A stretch of 64,000 bases of DNA from Chiloscyllium plagiosum (taxonomy: Eukaryota), in NCBI RefSeq assembly GCF_004010195.1, contig NC_057719.1:36242585-36306584 (forward strand), written 5' to 3'. Shown in pieces: positions 51,655-64,000 of the stretch. Each line of letters opens with the position of its first letter. Position 1 is the stretch's first letter. The position numbers and the translations under genes are program-made. Under the pieces are notes generated by a model. The model was not told the DNA's origin. It did no database searches and saw nothing but the letters and a program-made list of their open reading frames with translations.

Positions 51655-52570
51655 GTGGGGAACATAGGGTGTGTGAAAAGCAAGGCATGATACAGATTTA
51701 TGTCACCATTAAGAGTATTGTAGACAATATGCAAAATCTGTCCTGTCAGCAGGTTACAGTCGCTCACAGCTATCCTGATCATTGGATGAAAATTCTCTGG
51801 GGAACCCAATATCAGGACAACTTAAAGGCAGCCATCAACTCTAAAGGACTGCAAAACTTGTCAAGCTAAATGGCCTAAAATGTAAGTGACCTTTGAGGCA
51901 CAAACTGCAAACCTGATTTAAGTAGGGATTGGATAGAGTTTGAAAGTATATGGAGAAAGCAAGTGAAATTAGATACATTTTTTGAGATGAAGAGCTAGCT
52001 TTACCACAAGTACTATAGGCTGAAAGACCTCTTTCTTTGTTCCAATTTATTCGATCATTGAGTATTATTCTATTGTACGGATCTGCCAAAGAGATTTTTA
52101 AACCACTTGCTGTTCAATGAACTTCAGTTAAACAGTAACCTTTTGCAGCTTTAGATTTATTATTCAATATGACTTATTCAGAAATGCAATAAAGCAGTTA
52201 GATTAATTCCAGTACAGTATAATGCAGTTTATCTGTCACTGACATGAATGCATATGCATTAGGATGAATCTAAATTTATTATTTTGGAGCTTAGGGCTCT
52301 CTTCGGCATGTGGACATGATAGAAATCAAAATGAGGAAATTAAAGTGGTGACACATTTAAATTAAAGGACAAATTTAGGATTGAATAGAAGAAGAAACGA
52401 AAATCGCTTGGTATTATTTATGGATCATTTGACTGCTACAGTGGAGGGCACTGAAGTCATTCTGAATGGATGAGGTCAGATGAGCCAAAAATAGTTCACT
52501 CCTAATATCTGTTTTAGAAACTTAGCAAGCTGCTTGAAATCCTGTCGTACAGATAGCATGCATCCCGTAC

Positions 52571-52715
52571 CGTTTGTTGTGGCAGGACCCCTTCCGAAGT
52601 TGACAATGGGTTCCTATAAACTCCTGTCCACAGATACATATGAAGCCACCATCTTCGCTCTCTATACATGTAGAATTATTAGCACAGGGCTGCACAGGTG
52701 AGCAGCTGTTGGAGG
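52571..52715 (-). CDS. DLK1: DLK1 internal coding exon (equivalent to exon 4; EGF3 and start of EGF4)
   Basis: 145-bp exon absent from the ORF track, with acceptor tttttcattacag| and donor |gtacgg. It encodes ASNSCSPVQPCANNSTCIESEDGGFICICGQEFIGTHCQLRKGSCHNK(R). Phase 1 in and phase 2 out match both neighbours. Confidence 0.92.
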
Positions 52716-52824
52716 CTGTAATGAAAAATAATGCAGTTAATTAAAATTAAGGGTGCAATTTCTTCTGCCTGTTCATGGCAAGGAAGGTAGCAAAGGTGGA
52801 CCAATAGTTGGGAAAACTATTGGG

Positions 52825-53155
52825 GCAAGCAATGGTTTTGTGGTATTATTGCTAAGCTATTAATACAAGGACTCAGGTAACCTTCTGGGCTCCTGGGTTT
52901 AAATCCTGCCATGGACTGAATTCAATAAAAATCTAGAGTTAAGAATTTAATCGTGATACCGTTGTCAATTGTTGGGAAAATCCCATCTGGTTCATTAATG
53001 CCCTTTAGGGAAGGAAATCTGCTGTCCTTACCTGGTCTATATGAAACTCCAGACTCATAACAATGTGGTTGCCTTTCAACTGCCCTCTGGGTAATTAGCT
53101 ATGGCCAACAAATGCTGGCCTAGCCAATGATGCCACATCCTGTGAATGAATATAA
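52825..53155 (+). mobile_element. Old tRNA-type SINE sharing its 3' tail with the old LINE at 44440
   Basis: Degenerate B box GGGTTTAAATCC, core CCCATCTGGTTCATTAATGCCCTTTAGGGAAGGAAATCTGC, tail AAATGCTGGCCTAGCC. Reverse copies at ~27500-27720, 47220-47550 and 54860-55250. Confidence 0.6.
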
Positions 53156-53404
53156 AAAGAATTTGCCTCGGAGAGATACTTGCCACTCACTCACCACCTC
53201 AGCTATTGAGTGCTGGGGGAGAAAGTACATTTCTTGAATTGCCTGTAATTAAGTCCCTTAAAGGGCCTCAAATTGCCAGTGTCCTGACCACCTGCTTCCC
53301 AGCAGGCACAGAAATTGACTGGTTTACTGGAAACCAGGATGACCTACCTGCTAGATTGAGGTTGCAAGTGGAAGGCCTTTGAATCCATCCCTTGCCCCAA
53401 TGAC

Positions 53405-54200
53405 CATAAGGCCATAAGGCATAGGAGCAGAAATTAGGCCATTCAACCCATCGAATCTGCTCCATCATTCAATCATGGCTAATAAGTTTCTCAACCCCAT
53501 TCTCCTGCTTTCTCCCCTTAAACCTTGATCCCCTTGGTACTAAAGAACCTGTCTATCTCAGTCTTAGAATATAGAACAATACAGTGCAAAACAGGCCTTT
53601 CAACCCTCAATGTTCCGCCAATCTGTGAACTATTCTCAGCTCGTCTCCCCACACTAATCCCATCATCATCCATGTGCTTATCCAAGGATTGTTTAAATCT
53701 CCCTAATGTGGCTGAGCTAGCTACATTGGCATTTAGGGCATTCCATGCCCTTGTCACTCTCTGAGTAAAGAACCTCCCTCTGACATCTGTCTTAAATCTA
53801 TTACCCCTCAATTTGTAGTTATGTCCCCTCGTACAAGCTGACGTCATCATCCTAGGAAAAAGACTTTCACTGTCTACCCTATCTAATCCTCTGATCATCT
53901 TGTATGTCTATATTAAATCCTCTCTTAGCTTTTTTCTTTCCAATGAAAACAGACCCAAGTCTCTCAGCCTTTCCTCATAAGACCTTCCCTCCAGACCAGG
54001 CAACATCCTGGTAAATCTCCTCTGCACCTTTTCCAATGCTTCCACATCCTTCCCGAAATATGGCGACCAGAACTGTACACAATATTCCAAGTGCAGCTAC
54101 ACTAGTGTTTTGTATAGTTGCAGCATGATATTAAATATATTCTTCATATATATTCTTAAATATATTCGATGATGGGTCCTCCACAGCCTTCAGTGGCAAT
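53405..54200 (-). mobile_element. Nested CR1 3' fragments in a DLK1 intron
   Basis: EYCVQFWSP...[14 protein letters not shown] (~53566-54130) lies inside an older CR1 tail. Confidence 0.8.
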
Positions 54201-56158
54201 AAATTCCCAACTTTCCATGTGACTCCCACTATCTTCTCATCATTGAGTCCCCTGGTTAGGATGTGGAAGCTATTGGGCGAGGTGAGGTTCTACTGTCAGG
54301 ACCTGTGATTGGCTGAGAAGCTCACTAGTCAGTTCTTAGCAAGGTGACTGGAGCTGGATTTGATGTGCTTACTCAGTGATAGGGGCTGTGAGCCAACTGC
54401 CACTGAACATGCCAACACCCACGGTTAGATTATAAATTAGAGAGTCAGGGCCAGAGAAACCACATACGAATAAAGATACATTATTGAAGAAAGTGTTTAA
54501 TTTTTAATTCAAATTATTTCATTTGAAGTATAACTTAAAATGTAATTTATGCACCAGATTATACATAGATATATTTAAGAACAGCAGAATTCTAATACAA
54601 TGCCTTGTTTATATTCCCTGAGCATGTTCTTAGTAATCATCATCTTGATTGCCTTAATGTTGAAAGGAATGCAATATTTTAAAAAATGAATTCATTGCAT
54701 TTTTAAATAACCTTTTATTAAGTTCTAACTTGAAATCTTCAAAAGAATCTATCCAACAGCAAGAATTAGCCATGAAAACAATTAGACGTTTTTTGCCTAA
54801 TGGTCTGAATTCTTATCCTGATGGTGGGTTAACAAAGGTGCAGGAATACCACCCATCCTTTATTCTTTGATGGGATATGAGCATCACTGGTAAGGCCAGA
54901 ATTTGTTGCCCATTTTTAATTTCCCTTGAACTGAAAAGCTTGCTAGACCATTTCAGAGGGCAGTTAAGAGTCAACCACATTGTTATGAAGTGAGATGTAG
55001 ACCAGTCTGAGTAAAGTAGGCAGATTTCCTTCTCCAATGGACATTAGTGAGCCAGATGAGTTTTTACAATGATCAATTATGGCTTCAAGGCTACCATGTC
55101 TGAGACTAGCTTTACGTATTTCAGACATATTAATTGAATCTATGTTCCACAACTCTCAGGCTGGCATTTGAACCCTTGTGGATTATGGATTACTAATAAG
55201 CCTGAGCTTATGGATTACTAATTCAGTGACATTGCCACTACACTACTATCACCTCCTATTTAATCATAAAGCTCCTACCCGTACAACCCCACCGCCCCCA
55301 CCCACCCCCCCCCAAAAACCTAATGTTTCCTCTAAACTATGCTATCACAGCTGCCAACTGGTGTGCAACATATTGACTTCTAGTTCTCGAAATGACTGCC
55401 ACATATGGACCTCAGAAAAATTAGAGGGAGCATTGCCCTGCCTTGGGACATTTCCCATGCACATTGAATTTGTAAGCTCAAGTCAGAATATTGTTTATCC
55501 TGCTGCAGTTGGACATGGACAGCTTCAGTATCTGAGGTGTCACAAATGTTGGTGAACTTTGTACAGTTATCTTATGAAAGAGGGAATGTTATTGATGAAA
55601 GGACTGATGATGGCTGGACTTCAAACACTCCCCTGAGGAACTCCAGACATGATGGGCTCAGACTGAGATGACTGACCTCTAACAATCACAATCACCTTAT
55701 TTTCTGATTGGTATGACTCCAACCAGCGGCTTGCCTTGATTCACATTAACTCCATTCTCGTTAGGGCTTCTTGATGCCAATTTCAGTCAAATGCTGCTTT
55801 GATGTTTAGAGAAGTTATTCTGACCTCATCTCACCAAGAGTTCAGCTCTTTTGTCCATGTTTGAACTAAGAATATTATAAGGTAAGGAGCTAGATTCCTC
55901 TGTATCACTTGATTATACTGTCAAAGGCAACTTCCATCAATTTATTTGAACATAACCTGATAGAGCAACAACTGGCCAGGTTGAATTTGTTATGCTTTTT
56001 GTCAGCTTATATTGTTAATGACAGGAATGGATCTGAAAGAATAGGTTTCTAGCTGGTGTGTACCCGAGAAACTAAGGGAATTTGGTGAGAATGTAATGGA
56101 GACACAAGCCAAAGCGTACTGCACTAAAATCTTTCAGAACAACATTTATCCCAAAGGC

Positions 56159-56883
56159 TGTTATGATATGGGGTAAACCCCTCCTTGCTAATTTAAACCA
56201 GCAACACCAAAAAGATTTATCCCATGTGATAATCTGTTAAAATTTGAGAGGCCAAGAACTATCCAAAAAGTCACTATTTAAAGTTCAAAAAAATTTAAGA
56301 ACTTTATTCTTTAAGTCTAACATAGAATATTAACTAACAACTATTTACAACTCCTTTCTCTAACCTATCTTTTACCCTCCCCACTATAATACTAGTCCAA
56401 TAAAACCCCCCAATTAGGATTTTCCAAAAATTTCAAAATCAGCGAGCTGTCAAATCTTCTCTTTGTATCTTCCTCTGTTTTCATTTCTTCTTCTTAGGGA
56501 TTTCTGTTTTATAGGTCATTGATAGATAAAGGTACCTTTAAGAGAGCTATTCTCTGGGCAGTCTGTACATGTCGGTGGCTCAGCAGTTCTCCTCCAACTG
56601 TTCAATTTTTTTTTTCAGTTTCATACCCCAAAACATCAGTCCGTTTTGTTGGTGTTAATATTGTCATAAATTCAAACTTGATTGAAGTTTGGTATTTTGG
56701 GCCATAATTTAAATTGATTGGCCGTATTTGAATTTGTTTTTGTTTCATAGCAACTCAGCCAGTGCTGGTTCTGCTGAACCAAAAGTTACATTGTAAATTC
56801 TTCCAGCACTGTGTGTGCTTTTCTAAGTTCTTGCTAGCTTTCAATTTCCTTAAAAGTACAGTACCCCTTACACCTTCATAACA
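56159..56883. mobile_element. Solo LTR in a DLK1 intron
   Basis: Perfect terminal inverted ends TGTTATGA...TCATAACA, 725 bp. TSD is ambiguous (only GGC/GGC matches). Confidence 0.65.
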
Positions 56884-57856
56884 GGCCTGAAGGATGGAAA
56901 GTTACATCTCGAAGGAGTTAGATAGATAATTATAGACACGTAAACTTCATGGGCCAAAGATTCATAGACTCTTTTAAGGGAACTGATGTGTATATTATTA
57001 TAGTGTTTCCATTTACCTTATAATTCTTGACCTTGCTCCAAATTACACAGATTGGGATCATGTACGTACTAAGGGTAATTGACCCAAGTGTGTAGAGGCA
57101 CTCAACGTGCCTGTCTAACAAGGCTACAGAAAGAAGAAGGAGCATCCAAGGCTTTAAGCAACCTTAAGACTAAGCAACAAAAACACAATTTTATTTCTTG
57201 CAGGAGCTATCTAGATAATAGCTTTAAGCATTCAATTACTATTCACTGATTTGGAGATGGTTAAAGAGAAAGAGGTTTCAAAGTACCAATAATCATGAAA
57301 GGATAAATAATTGAAAGATTGTTTCCACTGGTTGGTAAATTGGAAAATGAAGCATAAATACAGCATTATAATTAGAATAACAAAAGGAGAATACAAAATT
57401 TTTCACACAGTTATTATAATAATTTACTATAAGTGACTATTGGGGTAGGAAACAATATTGTTATTTAAAACAATTGGGAAAGAAAAATGTAAAATGGTTA
57501 CAGGAAGTGGTAGAAAAATGGTAGTTAAGATGGGAGAGCTTTATTCAAGACATTCAGGTTCTTTCTCTAACTTTTAAATTACCATAAAATGTTAACCATA
57601 TGGAACAAAAATACTTGAACACAAAACATGAAGTTCATATAAAATCAACCCTTTTTAAAAGGGAATATTTCTAGATAGGTTCCCATCTTCAAAATGAAAA
57701 ACATCACCTAAAAATAAATTTACTGATAAGTATTCAAACCCAAGTTTTGATCAGGCTCAAAAATAATTCTCGGTATTTGACAGTTGCTTTAAATTTATAT
57801 CGAGGATATTACAGCTTTCCTTTTGTATTTGCAGAACACAGCATGCATCAACAAAC

Positions 57857-57987
57857 CTGTGTCACAGAGGCTGCCTGTCCAGCCTTCCTCACATGCACAT
57901 TCCCAAGGTTTCGTGCAGTCTCCATGTAAACAGCCAGGAAAAGGAATGCACTGATCGCATAGCTCTCCCTGCCAGCCAGACTTACAC
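57857..57987 (-). CDS. DLK1: DLK1 internal coding exon (equivalent to exon 3; end of EGF1 plus EGF2)
   Basis: 131-bp exon with acceptor ttctctgttacag| and donor |gtttgt. It encodes (R)[43 protein letters not shown], and its phase-1 end joins the next exon in frame. Sequence resembles vertebrate DLK1 EGF1-2 as recalled, not aligned by tool. Confidence 0.93.
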
Positions 57988-58038
57988 CTGTAACAGAGAA
58001 ACAGCTTTGAGATTCTAGGCAAAGTGTCACTAATGGTA

Positions 58039-58293
58039 TGTGGCTAAGAACCAGGTTGAACTCACTCCACGGAGGCCAGTATCCTATGACCAAGTCACCT
58101 TTTATTTACACGTGCACAGTATATGACACTGACCCAGCTAGCGCAGAGTCAGCTCCTAGGGTGAACAAAACCCTGATACTCCTGTTTATATCTGTCAGCC
58201 AGGATTCCCTAATTGGACCAGGTTAACAGCCCAAATCAGAGAACTCATATTCTACGACGTCGACCTGGCTGACCTTGTTACAATCACTTCACA
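58039..58293 (-). mobile_element. Short solo LTR just upstream of the DLK1 exon-3 acceptor
   Basis: TGTG...CACA ends, flanks GGTA/GGTT, AATAAA on the minus strand at 58101-58106. Confidence 0.55.
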
Positions 58294-59839
58294 GGTTTGC
58301 AACTTCTTTCCTTTGGTTCCATTTATCAATACAAGCAACAAAGATTAAACAGTACTGAATTCATTTGAAATAATTCTGGAGAAATAATTGCTGTAACACT
58401 TGTCCTGTGCCTTTGTTTTTCATTTTCAAGTACTATTTCTATTTTTGCTCTGTTTTAGTTTAGTTTATCTCTGTTATCTTTGCCTGCTTCTCTTCTGCTT
58501 TAAACATCATAAATGAATATGCCTGAAGATGGCATAACCATATTTTATGGGCATAAATGTTTTTTGCAAGGTATCTATACAAAGGTGAAATTTTCAAAGT
58601 AATTAAAGTGTGAGTAGTGAAAATGGATTTAGAAAGTCTTGCATGAAATCTTAATGGTGAGGACTTCAAACTTTGGGTAGTTTTGATATGTAATTGAAGG
58701 GTTTTCTTCTTCATTTCCCCAGATATCTTGATGCCCCATTCCTATGTGAGGACAGTCGGTGAATCTGTGTCAAAGTTGTCCAATCATTACCTTTAGGTAA
58801 ATGAATTTGTTTCTCTCCTCCTTCACAACAGTAAAGGGCTTACTTTTCTTCTCATGACATAATGTGAGAAAATAGTACCAACACCTCCTTAAATTCCATT
58901 TTATAAAAAGACACATTCTGCTTCATTTTGACACCTTTGTATTATCTGTGCCTCATCACACATTAATCCCTGTGAGTCTGGCCATATGAAATTCTTTGCA
59001 GAGCAAAACAAGAAATAATAATGTATTCTATTTATTGTGATTCAATTGAATAAGATTAAAATAACAAGTGGAAAACTGAACTAGCAAAATGAACACAATG
59101 ACTCAAAGCAGTACAGAGGTGTGGTCAAGAATTGTAAATAATCCTACAGCAGCATGATAATTAAATCATTTGTTCACAATCATGAAGCACCTTGTAATTT
59201 TGTGCACGTTTGTATGAATCTGCTAGCAGAGGAGAAAACCAGATGCAAGATGCTTTAAAATCCCCATTGGTTAAAAAAAAAGAGAAATAAAAATAGATAA
59301 CTGAAACATTAAAATGGAAATTCTTAAAAGACAAAAAGGACAGTTATTAAAAATGGAAACAAGGCAAAACATTAATTACTGAAGACAAAAGAATGTAAAA
59401 TAAGAATATTTCTGCACTACTGCTTAAAGAATCCTGGTAAAATGGGAAAATGTCTGAACAATTGTCTGGCTATAAGCCCAAAATTATTCATGTAAAATAA
59501 AACACTTAAAAACTTAACACAATTAAATGAAATTCTGCTATTTTAATTGAGGAATTATTTGTTTAAAATAAATGCTTGTAAAAAAACACTCACTAAATTT
59601 AAAGCAATGTTTAAGATAAATAATTTAAACATTTGCACAATTACAGGAAACCAAAGACTTTAAATGCTGGTACAGCTTAGATGGAGAGATTTATTTTAAT
59701 TGGTCAATTGGTTAAATGTAGTAATTGACAAGATAACTAGTTTTAAAGTTAAAATTGCAATGTCCTTTGTTTATTGTTCACTTCATGGGGTAACTCGCTT
59801 CACCGAAGGACAAAACTATGTGAGCAATGCTTTCAAATA

Positions 59840-60067
59840 CAGGTTGTTCTGCTATAATGTGACAACTGTGTTCCTCTGCAACCTTGCGCCATAGAAAATC
59901 ATGCTATGAAAACCATTATAGAAAATCTCGCTTTAGAAGATCGATAATAGAAAACCTCTATACTTGTTCAGTAGAGATTTTGCGTCATCCAAACAACATT
60001 CATAATTCATCAATCGCATTATAGCCAATTTGTGCTAACGAAACACACGTTATAGTAGAATGATCTG
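59840..60067. mobile_element. Tc1/mariner-pogo-type MITE
   Basis: TA|CAGGTTGTTCTGCTATAATGTG ... CACGTTATAGTAGAATGATCTG|TG: ~22-bp imperfect TIRs with a TA-type TSD. Confidence 0.65.
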
Positions 60068-60514
60068 TGTAAAGAATTCTCCTTATGTTGAAAATGTGGC
60101 CACATCCCACATCAGGAACCTTGTGCAATTTTTTTATGCACTTTTCTAGAACCCTGCTATTTTAGACTTAGAGAGGGATGTCCATACAGTTAGATTTCCA
60201 AAAAGAAATTCGAGAAATGACTAGTATATAAGGTAAGAGTTTGTATAAATTTATCCACCATGGCTCACCCTTTAAAACTTGAGGTCACTGTTTAAAAGGA
60301 AGGATTGTTCATTTAAGACAGAAATGAGGATATTTGTTTTTTCTCAGAGAAGGTAGTGAGTCTTTTGAATGCTCTTCCTTGGAACACAGTGGAAGACAAA
60401 ATCTTTGAATATTTTTAAGGCAGAGGTAAACTCTGGAGTTGTGGGTCCTGAGGTGATTTGACAGCCCAATGCTGGTTCTGCACACCATCTCACAGGTGGG
60501 GGAGGTGATTCAAA

Positions 60515-61270
60515 CATCGAAAATAGAATACAGTACAGCACATAAACAGGTCTTTGGCCCATCAAATCTGTGCCGACCATGATGCCATTCTAAATTAATC
60601 CCACCTCCCTGCACATGATACGTTTCCTTCTATTCCCTGTCTTTTCATGTCTTGTCTATGCGCCTCTTAAACACTGTTATCCTATCTGCATATGACACCT
60701 CCCCTGGCATATTCCAGCTCCAATCACTCTTAATGTAAACAACTTTCCTCACACATCTCCTTTAAACTGTCTCATTCTCATCTTAAACCTATGCCCTCGA
60801 GTATTTGACATTTTTACTCCGACTTGCCACCCAATTCTTGCCTCTCATTATTTTACTTATTTCCCTCAGCCCTCAACACTCTAGTGAACACATCCACACT
60901 TGTCCAAACTCTCCTTAGAGCTAATACACTCCAATCCAGGCAACATCCCAATAAGTCTCTTTTGCAACCTCTCCAAAGCCTCCACATCAGTCCCATAATG
61001 CAGCAACCAGAACTGCACACAATACTCTAAATGTGGCCCAACTAAAGTTTTTACAGTTACACCAAGACTTGCCAACTTTATTCTCAATGCCCTGATTGAT
61101 GAAGGCAAGGATGCCATTTACCTTCTTTACCACCTTATCCACTTTGTTTCCACTTTCAGAAACCTGTGGATTTACACCCCAAGATCTCCCTGCATATTCC
61201 TCTATAGATTCTAAGAGTGCTGCCATTTACTGTATACTTTCCTGTTGCATTTGGCCTCCCAAAGTGTAAA
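60515..61270 (-). mobile_element. CR1-type LINE 3' fragment
   Basis: [15 protein letters not shown]...ALERLQKRLIGMLPG. Confidence 0.8.
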
Positions 61271-64000
61271 GAGGAATTGGTTGGATACCCATGATTTTAC
61301 ATGCTCCTTTCCAATGTTTGCACTTTGGCCTCCTTCTGGGTCACTCATTGGAGGCAGCTTAGATTTTGCAGTTGTGGTTATAATGACACTCAATCAGGTA
61401 GACGTTGATGGAGAGTAGCGATAAATGTACAAATGTGAGTTTCTATTTACAATGAGGTAGCACCTGTTGCACCTTTGTTCCCTTGGAAGCTGAACGTCTT
61501 TATTTAACTCCCATTATGTGTCTGTGAAGGGCTATTTGTGGCTTGCAGTGAATTATCTGGTCCACAGCTGGAGGGGTGGTGAAAGATCTTGGCAGTGGTA
61601 AGTATTCCGCCATTGGGGAAAGCAAGATAGCACACTGGAATAATATTGCACATAATGAGTAAACAATGGAGAACTGTGTGAGATCGCTAAAACTTGCAAA
61701 GAAAAGCCTTCCCTTGAAACTCTGCAAATTTGACAGCCAATGTTTGGTAAAATGTAGCCTGTTAACTCTGTTTCTTTCTGAATAGATGCTGCCTGACCTG
61801 TTGAGGTTTTCAGCACTTCCTATTTACTGTTGTGAATTGAAACTATGGTCTAACGTAGTGCTGCGTGCATCTATTAGACTATCAGAAAACTTCAGAACTA
61901 TGTTGCTTGACTCACTGGTAGGGAAAATTGAAGCAAACTTGAAGAAAGATTATCTGCTGAAACAAATGGTCAATAAGGATTTGAGCATTGACAACAGTCA
62001 ATTATGTTGTTGTACAACTTCTGGAATGGAAAGCCGCATCACCTCGTGGAGAATACTCTCCACTTGTCTGGATGAGTGCAGCTTCAAAAACCCTCAGAAA
62101 GCTCAATGCCATCCAGGACTAAACAGTGCAATTGATAGACAACCCATTCATCACCTTAGATACTTACTGCCATCAGCATTGGTGTACTGTAGCTGTAGCC
62201 ACTGTGTGTACCATCTACAAGCTGTACTCTAATGACTCACCACAGCTTCTTCAATAGCACCTTCCAATCCCACAACCACTGCTGCCCCAGAGGAACAGGC
62301 TATGGGCACATGCAAGTTATTGTCCAAGTTACATACCATGCTGTCCTGAACATAAAAAACTGGAGCAGGAGTGGGCTACAGAGCCCATCAAAACCTCTCC
62401 ACCATTGAGGAAGATGCTGCAGCATCAGCTCCTTTTCCCAGTTTGATCGCCAAGTCACGTAATTGTTTCCTAGAATCCAAAAGTCCATCAATCTCAACCT
62501 TGAACTGGGTGCCGGCAGGTGGGGCTAGATTGGGTTGGGATATCTGGTCGGCATGGACAGGTTGGACCGAAGGGTCTGTTTCCATGCTGTACACCTCTAT
62601 GACTCTATGTCACTGACCTCACATTGAAGTTTACACTACCCCTCCCATTGCCCGAATTCTGTACCATCTGACATCTGGCGTGAAAAATTCAGCTCAGACC
62701 CTACTATCTCAGCTCCCTCAGAATTCTTTATATCTCACTTAGATCTAAACTTGAGACAGTATGTGCCCAATTTCTCAGCTTCTAATCATATGACAATCTT
62801 CTCATCCAAGGAATCAATCTAGTTAAAATATACTGCACCTTCTCCAAGCAAAATATATCCTTTGGTAAAGAAATGAAAACACCTCACAGTGTTCCAAGTG
62901 TTGTCCCCTCGAAGCCTAGTACAATTCTAACAAGACTTTTCCACACTTGTACTGCAATCTCCACAACATTTCATTTGCTTTTCTAACCACTTGCTAACTT
63001 CTTATGATTCTTGTACAGGGAAATATATTTTCATTCACTCATCACTGCTGGATTAAAATCCTGGAATTCCCTACGCAACAGCACTGTGGGTGTACTTTCA
63101 CAACATGGCCTGCAGCAGTTCAAGAAAGCTGCTCACCATACCTTCTCAAAGGCAATTAGAGACTGGCCCAGTCAGTAATGATGCCATGAACATCTGAAAA
63201 TACTGATGAATATCAGCCATCACCAAGTGACAATAGGTATGTGTTAAATTCCCCGCATTGACGACAGATCCATTCCACAAATAGCAAGATAATTTTTGAA
63301 TTTCACATTCTCTAGAGTTGGGATATTATCAGAATTACTTCTGAAGGAATGTCTGGAGCAGGGTTTCTTAATCATTTTGCCTCTGAAACCTCCTGCTGAT
63401 GTTATAAAAATTCAATGGATGCCCTGTAACACAAGATGTGTTTGTAATGCATAAAAATGAATTATACGGTTAATCAAATAGTTAACATAGATATGGCAAT
63501 CTCAACAACCTCTTTCTAGATTGTATGATTCTATTGAAAGTTGATACTTCATCCTTCAAACTGTTCTCCCAGAAGAAAGAATCTGTCAGGACTACATTTA
63601 GGAATATCACACATGAGTCCATTTAATAAAGAGCTGTAGAAAAAGACAGGCGCCCCACTGTAAAAGAGAAACATGTGACCAAAAACAGAATATTGACATT
63701 GTTTAATGGCAGGTCTGGAATAATATCTGCAGCAGCATTACATCTAAATGACCGATTGCATTTAAACTAAAACAATTTATGTAAAAATGTGATTAACTCT
63801 GGCACATTAAGATTAGAAAATGCAAAATGTGGAGGATCAACTGATATGCTGCATCATCATGCAACCATACTCAGCACATGTATGCAAACAAATTTTTAAT
63901 ATTCACAACCGCACTGGAATCAAAATATTAAATTAACATGATTGTCATGGCTCTTAATAGTATTTTGTTATTAAAGATATGGCAAGCAAGCAACTTTATT

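Noticed and set aside
49395..57987. DLK2, DLL, JAG or NOTCH identity for the EGF gene
   Set aside because: Six-EGF layout with a large terminal exon, no DSL domain seen, and a DLK1-type tail (KCExWxxNxxY...EDLxVxIIFP). Phylogeny was not run.
58780..58860. Candidate DLK1 exon 1 or 2 (minus-strand donor CTAAAG|gtaatg)
   Set aside because: The upstream frame (EKQIHLPK) is neither a signal peptide nor EGF1. No EGF1 N-terminal exon was found in 58000-64000.

Overview
Repeat-rich vertebrate genomic DNA, almost certainly from a shark. This is inferred from HE1/V-SINE-type tRNA SINEs with (TCTAA)n tails and CR1/HER1-type LINEs. There are two assembly gaps, 13931-14325 and 16085-16584. The only host gene is the 3' part of DLK1 (delta-like non-canonical Notch ligand 1) on the minus strand: three coding exons at 57857-57987, 52571-52715 and 49395-50139, all with GT-AG boundaries and consistent phases. 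Exons 1-2 were not found and presumably lie beyond 64000. The ~49 kb downstream of DLK1 has no recognisable gene and is filled with CR1, Rex/Babar and older LINEs, SINEs, LTR remnants, PIF/Harbinger relics, Penelope-like elements (PLEs) and a ~3.6 kb 51-bp minisatellite. Main observations: (1) minimal hammerhead-ribozyme motifs from four PLE-derived families, some with intact cores, in short and often inverted elements with 10-19 bp target-site duplications (TSDs); (2) a decayed copy of the DLK1 cytoplasmic tail, stop codon and proximal 3'UTR inside DLK1's last intron; (3) a 3x17-bp higher-order minisatellite with long stop-free stretches in all three minus-strand frames. Repeat boundaries were read by eye and are approximate unless a TSD is quoted.
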